Shown: positions 17,691 through 25,684 of the stretch, piece by piece | Position numbering within the stretch: position 1 is the stretch's first letter | How the letters are laid out: every line of letters begins with the position of its first letter | Assembly: GCA_048886185.1 (NCBI GenBank) | Contig: JBHLKY010000012.1 | Coordinates: 1 to 32,000 of the forward strand | Direction of reading: 5' to 3' | Length of the DNA: 32,000 nucleotides | Source: Candidatus Hermodarchaeota archaeon | GTDB lineage: Archaea > Asgardarchaeota > Heimdallarchaeia > Hodarchaeales > Hodarchaeaceae | The notes under the pieces: generated by a model | Seen by the model: the letters and a program-made list of their open reading frames with translations, nothing else | Database searches by the model: none | What the model was told of the DNA's origin: nothing | Position numbers and translations under genes: made by a program

Positions 17691-19586
17691 TTAGTTAGAT
17701 CTTTTTGTTTTTCGGGAAAATATAACAAGTATTCCTATGAATAGAATAATGGATATGTGATTTAAAAATAAACCTGTTTGTTGGATTTGAGTGGTAGTTG
17801 GATTCATTTGCTGGGTCATCGTGCTTACTAGAATGGAAACTATAGAAGAAGATGTAATGATTATTGGTTTCCATAAGACATAATAAGGTCTCATGAATTC
17901 AATTGGAAAAATGGTTTCATTTAGAGAAGAATCTATAAAATAAAAGCGATAGTAATATTCTAATTCCCTACTTAGCCCAATAAACTCATACTGACCAGAA
18001 TCCTTGAAATCTAAATCTTGTAAAACCAATTCTTGATATCCAGCAACACCCCACTCGATCTCTATTCGCACAGGGCGATCAATAGTCCATTCTACTAAAA
18101 TACCTCTTGAAGTATTGAAAAACTCAAGGTGAAGGATTACTGGTTGGTAAGGGGATGGTTCAAATCCCCAAGTGGTTGAGAATGCCAAATTAAAGGTTTT
18201 TGGATAAAGTCGTGTAATGTTATTTTGATCAGCAATCCATAAACGATAATATACCCTGTAACTTACTGGTGCTTTAATTAAAATTGTTCTTGATGTATCA
18301 AGTGTTGTATTAATGTACTTTATTGTTTGATAACCTGCTTCCCCCCATTCTGCAATGATTTGCGTTGGAATATCGGTTTTTAGAGATAATCTGACACCTG
18401 CAGTCGTATTAATTGCATTAAATGAGACTACTTGAGGAGAAAACTCTGAATTTATAAAAACTGATGGTCTCCATTTATTATAGTAATTTCTGATTAATGA
18501 ATTGTTCGTAAGCCTATAAATAACCTCTAACTGGAAAACATGAATCTTTAGATAGTCAAAATTGACTTTACCTTTTCTTGCGTATTTCGAAAGCCCGAAA
18601 TAAGTATCATATTCAGGAAGACTAGATTCAATTGCTGCACTTCCTTCATAAAATAATTGGCTTGCTAGGGCCTTTTTTTGCGTACGAGGGTGTTTTGAGT
18701 ACTCATAAAGTCCAAAAATGGCATAAATATGACCGTTTAAGATAAATTCTAAGTCTTCCTCTTGTTCACAGGGCGATTCGAGAAACCATGTTTTATTGAT
18801 TCCCTCAATAAAAGTAAATCCTCCTTTTTCCCGTGTATAATTGTTTCCTGTGAAAGTGATACCCCCCTCTTCCCATTCATAAGTAAATGTTTCCAAGACT
18901 TTGTTTACTCCTTCTAAATAGGAACTATTTCCAGTGACTTCTTCTGCTCTAAGAAGAACTTGAATAATCAATCCTTGTGCTAACCCTGAGACCCAAGGTA
19001 CAGTTTGTTTATGCCAAAGTGGGATTTTCCAATTATATAGGAAGAAACCATCGTTTGTCATGTTTTTCATTAAAAAATCAGCAATTTTCAGAAGTATACT
19101 ATAATTGTTAATCTGATAATTAAATAATGCGAAGAAAGCTGTTGTTACAGGATTGTATTTCCAACCTAATTCATAATCGTGTAAGCTAATTATAACATAT
19201 TCTCCGGTAAACTGATAGATTCCTTCTTTAAAGTGGCGTTCAATAGAAATTAAATCTTTATAAACTATTTTCCAACCATCAATATCATATTCCTTATAGA
19301 AGGAGTTGTTATTAGGAACATCTGGTGAAACAAGATTTGTTAATCCTTCTTTATGATGATAATCTATATTTTTTGTCTTTTCAAGGATTTTAGGATTTTT
19401 AATTTCTTTTGAATTCGAAAATAAGGAAGTATTGTATGAATAGGTAAAAAAGGATGAATAGGATATTAGGATTATAAGCATAATGAATTGAATCATATTC
19501 TTAGACAGTCTATATTTCAAAATAAATAAGCTAATTCCAACATTAGGTGTTTCCACCTTTATTTCCTCTCTGATAGATTTTTTCAA
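17691..19586 (-). CDS. Membrane-anchored D-glucuronyl C5-epimerase-like surface glycoprotein with two Ig/Fn3-like repeats
   Basis: WVSGLAQG, YL..V..VL..F, GG, WFLESP, FILNGHIYAIFGLYEY, DYLKIHVFQL; N-terminal hydrophobic segment; Thr/Gln spacer, TM helix and basic tail at the C-terminus. Confidence 0.82.
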   Translation of the reverse strand: MKKSIREEIKVETPNVGISLFILKYRLSKNMIQFIMLIILISYSSFFTYSYNTSLFSNSKEIKNPKILEKTKNIDYHHKEGLTNLVSPDVPNNNSFYKEYDIDGWKIVYKDLISIERHFKEGIYQFTGEYVIISLHDYELGWKYNPVTTAFFALFNYQINNYSILLKIADFLMKNMTNDGFFLYNWKIPLWHKQTVPWVSGLAQGLIIQVLLRAEEVTGNSSYLEGVNKVLETFTYEWEEGGITFTGNNYTREKGGFTFIEGINKTWFLESPCEQEEDLEFILNGHIYAIFGLYEYSKHPRTQKKALASQLFYEGSAAIESSLPEYDTYFGLSKYARKGKVNFDYLKIHVFQLEVIYRLTNNSLIRNYYNKWRPSVFINSEFSPQVVSFNAINTTAGVRLSLKTDIPTQIIAEWGEAGYQTIKYINTTLDTSRTILIKAPVSYRVYYRLWIADQNNITRLYPKTFNLAFSTTWGFEPSPYQPVILHLEFFNTSRGILVEWTIDRPVRIEIEWGVAGYQELVLQDLDFKDSGQYEFIGLSRELEYYYRFYFIDSSLNETIFPIEFMRPYYVLWKPIIITSSSIVSILVSTMTQQMNPTTTQIQQTGLFLNHISIILFIGILVIFSRKTKRSN

Positions 19587-20064
19587 TTTTAACGAATTTA
19601 TTCATAACAAGAAAAAGGGATGGATATTTTGTTTAATTCAATATCTCCTTTTTAGTTTTTGATATGATATGTTAAGCTTAAGCCCACAAAAAATTCCAAT
19701 AAACTCAAGAAAAGGTTTTTTTATATGTCTTTTCAAGAATATTGGTTCAGAATCAATGACTGTTTGTGGTTGTGTCTATTTGGGTAATTTAATCCAGGAA
19801 CTAAACTTAAGAGGAATATTTATGCTATAACTGATGTACCAATATACTTCTAAACATCGATAAAATTTATTTTCGAAGAAAATCCAAGTAAATATTCCTT
19901 TTTAACATACATTAATATTATTGTTAAATGATAACTTTATGAAGCATAATAAGAGTAACTAAACGGCCATTTAGAGCATTTACGAGCTTTATTATTATTC
20001 ATTCAAAGAAATTATCTACTTAACACCAACTAAAATTTCAATAAAGAATTCTATCATCATATGA

Positions 20065-20073
20065 TTTAATATA
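20065..20073 (+). promoter_or_regulatory. Candidate TATA box for the putative sRNA at 20095
   Basis: TTTAATATA centred about 26 nt upstream of the structured element. Confidence 0.35.
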
Positions 20074-20094
20074 GGATTAAAAAAATGGACAGAA

Positions 20095-20163
20095 TGAGCC
20101 CCTGATGTTCGAAAGGCATATGTCTGATTCGTGATGACTGAAGGTTCCGAACGATGGGGTTCA
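20095..20163 (+). ncRNA. Candidate structured small RNA with a C'/D'-type K-loop
   Basis: Stems UGAGCCCC/GGGGUUCA and GUUCG/CGAAC enclose GU-CUGA-UUC-GUGAUGA-C; roughly 50% GC within very AT-rich upstream intergenic DNA. Confidence 0.45.
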
Positions 20164-20165
20164 CT

Positions 20166-22442
20166 TCATCGAAGAGCCAGTTGAAAGGAGAGATTTTTCT
20201 GTTCTTGTTGTCCAAATCCAATTAAATCAGCTTGGCCTCGCTTTATGGCTAGTTCTGCAGTTTCAACATCGAAATCACCACTACAAACGATGGCGATGTG
20301 AGGAAGATCATCTTTTACTTTTTGGATAAATCGCTCAACACCTGCTTCTTGATCTGATAAATAGTCGATACAAAGTAGCTCGATCCCTGCTTTCTCGATT
20401 GATTTAACGACTATAGATAGTTCATCTTCAGATAAACCATGAAATGGAGCCGAGATATAAAAAGCAAGCATCATGTTTAAAGGAAGATTTGCACGAATCG
20501 CCGTTGCCACTTCTAATGGAAAACTAATACGCTTCTTAAGCGATCCCCCGTATTCATCGCTTCGTTGATTGTATTCTTGTGAGAGAAATTGACCAAGGAG
20601 ATCTGGCTTGTTATGTGTTACGCTTGAGGAGATTTCAACAATATCAAAACCCACACGTGCAGCACGCATTGCAGCTTCAACGAAAGAATCACGAATCTCA
20701 ATAATTTCATCGTCTGATAAAGAACGAGGGGTATCATGATTTATGATTGGGATTGCTGAAGGTGCTATTGGTTGTACACCACATATTGATTTCTTGGTCG
20801 CACCACCTGCATGAGTCAATCTTATACCAATAAGAGATCCGTATTCATGAACTTGATTGACTACTTCCTTAAGCCGAGGAATTACATAATCATCATGAAT
20901 TCCAATTTGATAGAGATGATCCTTTCCTGAAGGAGTTATATAAGCAGGCTCCAGATAGACAAGTCCCGCACCACTCTGAGCTATTTTAGTATAATGGTTA
21001 ATCGCGTCTCGAGTAATCTGGCCATTTACCAGTTCCCCTGCATTTATCTCTCCGATCTTGGTTGAAGGCATTACTACTCGATTTCGAGCTTGCAGCTTTC
21101 CCAATTGGTAAGAACGAGTCAGAATTGATTCTTTTGGAACACGATTTCTAATTATTAAAATCATCAGGGTTGCGATTGTATATAGGGTAGCAGTAAACAT
21201 GAAAACATAGAGAAAACCAAAATTATCTATAATAAATCCTCCAAATGAGGCAGAAAGCGACCAGAACATTCCCCAAGCTAAAGTTTCTAATGAATTCCAT
21301 TTAGCTCTCGAAGTTGATGGAACTACATCCATGACAATAGAACGACTCACAGGTCCAGCTGCATTCATTAAAGCATTACGACTAATATAAAAAATCACCA
21401 GAAGTAATACAGATATAGGAAATGAGATGATCTGATTCTGATATAATAAAAGGTTTACCACCAAGCCCAATAAACAAATAATTGCGAGACCCTGAGTTAA
21501 GAATACTGAACCAATACGCCCAAAGATTCTAATCATCCGTTGAGCTAGAAGTGCTGCTGATCCTGTAATAATAAATGTTGTACCAGTTATAAGATATGTA
21601 AAGAACGGTTTCAAGCCATATCCTATTGTTGGGTTAGCAAATAAAATAGGAAAAAACGCTACTGTAGCCCCAGCACCAAATCCAATGATCACTCCACTGA
21701 TAACTAAAATTGTAGGAGTTATAGCATCATAATAAAACGGATATCCGAATAATGTTACATATGGTTGATCTTTGGTATTTTCTTTCACCAAAGTCCCTGA
21801 CTCAGGAGAAACTGACTTTTTTACCTTAATTACAATTGCCTTATCGTCAGAAGCAAATATCACCGTAATGTAGGCAATTATTGAACATATTGCTCCAATG
21901 AAAATGAGATTTTGAAGCAAAGTGAAATCCCACGCGTCACCAAGGATCAATGTAAGCCCCGCTGCTAAGTAAGGCCCTGCAGCTGATGCTAAAAGGTTAG
22001 CAAAAAACATTTTTGCGAAAACTTGACTTCGACGACCTGGTTCAATAGAATCAGCAATTAATGCCTGTGCAGCCGGACCAGATAATCCCCAACCTATTCC
22101 TCCAAAGGTTTCACTTAGAAAAAGAACAGATAGTGCTACATGAGGAGTTTCAGTCAATGTAGTTGAATAAATAAGCGCAATTTGAGCGAAAACGCCAAAG
22201 AATACAGAGATTCGGATGAGGAGATCTCTCCGATATTTATCTGCAAAATATCCAGAAGGAAACACAAAAATAGTAGAAGCTAATCCTTGTATTGTAAAAA
22301 GATTCCCCAAGATCAAATTAGATTGTCCTAATCCTTGAGGTGGATTGTTTGTTACATAGATAGAGAAAGCAGTCTGAATTATACCCATTCCGATAGCAAA
22401 ACCAATTGTTTGGATATAAGCCAACTTGATATTCCAATTCAC
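20166..22442 (-). CDS. MFS transporter fused to a degenerate NADH:flavin oxidoreductase (Old Yellow Enzyme) domain
   Basis: aa ~1-435 is a 12-TM MFS (GYFADKYRR); then LGKLQARNRVVMP, GAGLVYLE, RLTHAG, APSAI, GFDIVEI, NQRSDEYGGS, ADLIGFG in the same frame with no stop. Confidence 0.88.
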   Translation of the reverse strand: MNWNIKLAYIQTIGFAIGMGIIQTAFSIYVTNNPPQGLGQSNLILGNLFTIQGLASTIFVFPSGYFADKYRRDLLIRISVFFGVFAQIALIYSTTLTETPHVALSVLFLSETFGGIGWGLSGPAAQALIADSIEPGRRSQVFAKMFFANLLASAAGPYLAAGLTLILGDAWDFTLLQNLIFIGAICSIIAYITVIFASDDKAIVIKVKKSVSPESGTLVKENTKDQPYVTLFGYPFYYDAITPTILVISGVIIGFGAGATVAFFPILFANPTIGYGLKPFFTYLITGTTFIITGSAALLAQRMIRIFGRIGSVFLTQGLAIICLLGLVVNLLLYQNQIISFPISVLLLVIFYISRNALMNAAGPVSRSIVMDVVPSTSRAKWNSLETLAWGMFWSLSASFGGFIIDNFGFLYVFMFTATLYTIATLMILIIRNRVPKESILTRSYQLGKLQARNRVVMPSTKIGEINAGELVNGQITRDAINHYTKIAQSGAGLVYLEPAYITPSGKDHLYQIGIHDDYVIPRLKEVVNQVHEYGSLIGIRLTHAGGATKKSICGVQPIAPSAIPIINHDTPRSLSDDEIIEIRDSFVEAAMRAARVGFDIVEISSSVTHNKPDLLGQFLSQEYNQRSDEYGGSLKKRISFPLEVATAIRANLPLNMMLAFYISAPFHGLSEDELSIVVKSIEKAGIELLCIDYLSDQEAGVERFIQKVKDDLPHIAIVCSGDFDVETAELAIKRGQADLIGFGQQEQKNLSFQLALR

Positions 22443-22699
22443 GTTCTTTTCACTTCTAATTAAATAATGACACTGTGAATATGAAGATCTGTCATTTACC
22501 TTCTGATTTATCCATCAATGGTTGGTAATATGAAATAATTCAAGCTTAAACAGTAAGTCTTTCTTAATAATGATCAGTTATAATTCTTGATATTTTAAAT
22601 AAAATAATATAAGATAATGAAATCATGCTATAATAAGGATTAATATTCTCTCAAATCAGTGAGAACATAAATGGAATATTCATACTGGAGAACTTATTC

Positions 22700-23170
22700 T
22701 TGACTAAAGCAATTATTGAAACTAAATATGGGAATATCGTAATAGACTTTTTTGACGAAGTTACAAACACCGTTAAGAATTTTGTATCCTTAGCGGAATC
22801 AGGATTCTATGATGGCCTGAAATTTCATCGATGCATCGATAATTTTGTTGCTCAAGGAGGATGTCCTATAGGAACAGGGACAGGTGGTCCAGGTTACTCT
22901 ATCCCTTGTGAAACCGAAAAAAATACAGAAAAACACAAACATGTCCGAGGAGCTCTGTCGATGGCCCATGCAGGTAGAAATACAGGTGGTTCGCAATTTT
23001 TTCTAGTTCGGGCACCCCAACCTCATCTGGATGGAAAACACACAATTTTTGGTGAAATTATTGACGGTTTAGAAATTATAGACAAAATTAGTAATGGAGA
23101 TAAAATGAATCGAATTACAATAATTGATAAAAGTTCATTAATTAAAAATCATGAGTTAATTAAGATGTAA
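22700..23170 (+). CDS. Cyclophilin-type peptidyl-prolyl cis-trans isomerase
   Basis: [55 protein letters not shown]. Confidence 0.95.
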   Translation: MTKAIIETKYGNIVIDFFDEVTNTVKNFVSLAESGFYDGLKFHRCIDNFVAQGGCPIGTGTGGPGYSIPCETEKNTEKHKHVRGALSMAHAGRNTGGSQFFLVRAPQPHLDGKHTIFGEIIDGLEIIDKISNGDKMNRITIIDKSSLIKNHELIKM

Positions 23171-23272
23171 ATGACCTTTCTATCTAATAGAAAATAATTA
23201 CCTCAATAAATATTTGAAAGTGGAAGTGATGGATTAATCTTTAGATAAGATTATCTTTTTTAGACAACTCAC

Positions 23273-23845
23273 GTGGAGGTTTTCTCTATCCCTGTCTGCA
23301 AGAAGTGTCACAATTATGTTATGAAGTTAGACGAGGATAATCCCTGTCCTCACTGTGGAAATATCCAAACCTTGACAGACCGAACAGATGATGAATTTCA
23401 ACCAGTAATTCCACAAGATTTACAATTTGACTTTCATAAGGATATTGGCGACCAAACAAATATTTTTAGAGTACCCACACATCAGGAAATATACGATAAA
23501 ACTTCCTCAAAAGAGGGATTACCTATTCCCCCTCCACCCACTAGTTCGCCAACTCGTGTTTCTCAGGATATTCCTTTAGAATCGATTTTTCCCACATTGG
23601 ATAATGTATCCCTTGATCCGGCTTCCCAAAAAGTATATTTTCAGTTATCTGTCGAATTCCAGATTATATTGAATAATGCCTCAAATTATCGTCAAGGTCT
23701 CTTCCGCTGGAACTTATTATTACCTGACCGGTTACAGGAATATGGATTAACGGAAGAAGCTTGGCATAAAATCGCAGCAAAGGGGGATGGCGATGAAAAA
23801 ATACAAGAACAGTTGAATCGATTGCTCCGATCACTCTTTGGATAA
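23273..23845 (+). CDS. Hypothetical protein: N-terminal Zn ribbon, Pro-rich linker, small C-terminal helical domain
   Basis: CKKC-x12-CPHCG; PIPPPPTSSP; GTG start. Confidence 0.72.
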   Translation: MEVFSIPVCKKCHNYVMKLDEDNPCPHCGNIQTLTDRTDDEFQPVIPQDLQFDFHKDIGDQTNIFRVPTHQEIYDKTSSKEGLPIPPPPTSSPTRVSQDIPLESIFPTLDNVSLDPASQKVYFQLSVEFQIILNNASNYRQGLFRWNLLLPDRLQEYGLTEEAWHKIAAKGDGDEKIQEQLNRLLRSLFG

Positions 23846-23882
23846 AGAAGAATGTCTTTAGATAGTTTTTAGATACATTTAA

Positions 23883-25226
23883 TTATTCTTTAATCGCAGA
23901 GATATCGATCCCTTTAGTTTCGGGAATTAGTCTCGGAACTATTAACATAGCTAAGTAGGCGAATGTACACGCCAGCATTGCTACAGCTAATGCTTGTGCA
24001 TGTCCTAATGGATTTTCTAAAACTGATACTGATGGTTGGAGAGTCTCTGCAACTATTCCAACAAAGAAAGCTCCCCAAGCTAATCCACGAGCTACCGAGA
24101 AAATAAGAGAAGTAGCAGTCGCACGAACTCTTGTAGGAAAGACTTCACTTGACCAAACTCCGAAGACTCCGTGCATTCCGAAAGATACTGTTAAGACAAG
24201 ACATCCAATTATAATCAAGGGTGTTAGAACAGGGAGTAATATAAAATTAGAAAGAAAGAAAATAAAGGCTCCAATGAGACCAACAATTGAACAACCTATA
24301 AATGCATTTCTCCTCCCAATACGGTCACTCAACCAACCAGTAATAAATAAAGCAAAGGCAGCAATAACCATTACACCTAGCATCACCATCATTGAAAGCG
24401 TACCTGCAGAATCAATTTCCCCACCAGCTTTTTGGAGTTCATAGGTGAACAAGTACTCGAAATAGGTTGGTGCCCAATCAGCGAGAGTATGATAAGCAAA
24501 TTCAGAAAGCCAGAACAATAAAGTCAGTAAAAGGGTAAATTTAAGCCATTTTCCCCTTAATATATCAAAAATTCTAATTTTCTCTCGTTTAACCTCATCA
24601 CCAAGTTGGGATGCTTTTTTATAATCAGACCAGACTTGTGATTCATCTAAACTAAATTCTAAATAAATTAAAAAGGGGATAGGAAAAAGGGCTGATAAAA
24701 AACAGATACGCCATCCATCAAGAACTAAAGGGCCTAAAGTAATGGGCTCAATATTTCCAAAAATCAGGGTGACTATAACAGCCCCAATATAGCCAGCCAC
24801 AAAAGTTGCATGAACCAATCCACCAGCAGCTCCTCGTTTTTTTGAGGAGAAAGTTTCTGATAACAAAGAAAATGAAATACCCCATGAAACACCAAGCCCA
24901 GATAACAATCTGAGTATCGCAAAGACCTCAAACGTGGGTGCCATCGCGGAAAGCGAAGTAAATATCGAATCCCACAATACAGAAAGCAATAATATGTTTT
25001 TTCTTCCAAAACGATCAGCAAGCTCACCAAAAAGCATAGCTCCAGGTACTGTCATAACATATTGGGCAGAGAAAACGAATCCAATTGCTATCTTATCCAC
25101 ATGATATGCAGTACTTATTGTTGTAGCAAGAAGGCTTACTAATACTAAAGCGAAGCCATCGTGGGCCCATCCAATTATTCCAGCAATTAAAACGGGAATT
25201 TTACTAGTGTTTTTCAATTCGCCCAT
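23883..25226 (-). CDS. MFS transporter (sugar/aromatic acid:H+ symporter-like)
   Basis: GELADRFGRK, LRLLSGLG, SETFSSKKRG, GWLSDRIGRR, SEVFPTRVRA, PETKG. Confidence 0.92.
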   Translation of the reverse strand: MGELKNTSKIPVLIAGIIGWAHDGFALVLVSLLATTISTAYHVDKIAIGFVFSAQYVMTVPGAMLFGELADRFGRKNILLLSVLWDSIFTSLSAMAPTFEVFAILRLLSGLGVSWGISFSLLSETFSSKKRGAAGGLVHATFVAGYIGAVIVTLIFGNIEPITLGPLVLDGWRICFLSALFPIPFLIYLEFSLDESQVWSDYKKASQLGDEVKREKIRIFDILRGKWLKFTLLLTLLFWLSEFAYHTLADWAPTYFEYLFTYELQKAGGEIDSAGTLSMMVMLGVMVIAAFALFITGWLSDRIGRRNAFIGCSIVGLIGAFIFFLSNFILLPVLTPLIIIGCLVLTVSFGMHGVFGVWSSEVFPTRVRATATSLIFSVARGLAWGAFFVGIVAETLQPSVSVLENPLGHAQALAVAMLACTFAYLAMLIVPRLIPETKGIDISAIKE

Positions 25227-25684
25227 AGTTAATCACGCTATAATCGTTATAAACGATTGAAATGATGTTAGAGAAGAGTAGTGGTTTAATCAAGTAGAAG
25301 ATTAAAAAATCTTTTGTATATCTGCTCTATATTTTATGATTCTACCTTCAAGACTTCTATCTCCCCCTACTTATTTTGAGTTAATCTGAATCGCAACTAC
25401 TTAACAGTTAAAGTAGTAATAATAATTTCTTATAAATTACTTAGAAAATTATAACAATGACTTGGTGTTTATCTTTATAACTTATACTTCAACCTAAGAT
25501 TCCCTCAATCAAGATAACCGTAGGACTACTGAAGACCATCTTTGCCAAAAACAACTTGGAATTCATAAGAGGTTCTTAATTTAGATGGTATTTTTGCATA
25601 CATATCATAGTTATAGTTAACTACCATTCCCAAATTCCTCCCCGCTGCTAGCTATCTATACAATTTAATTTGATCATGTTTTCA

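Noticed and set aside
18151-18169. GGTTCAAATCC, a tRNA T-loop-like string
   Set aside because: It lies within the epimerase CDS (WGFEPSP), with no D-arm, anticodon arm or acceptor stem.
20102-20152. Hammerhead ribozyme or known riboswitch reading of the structured element
   Set aside because: CUGAUGU and GUGAUGA are not followed by a stem II plus GAAA and a cleavage triplet; no SAM-I, TPP, fluoride or cobalamin consensus.
20020-20168. Possible Sec readthrough of the MFS-OYE TGA with the adjacent structure as a SECIS
   Set aside because: The downstream frame (SEPHRSEPSV...) has no OYE similarity, and the GA motifs are on the opposite strand from that mRNA.
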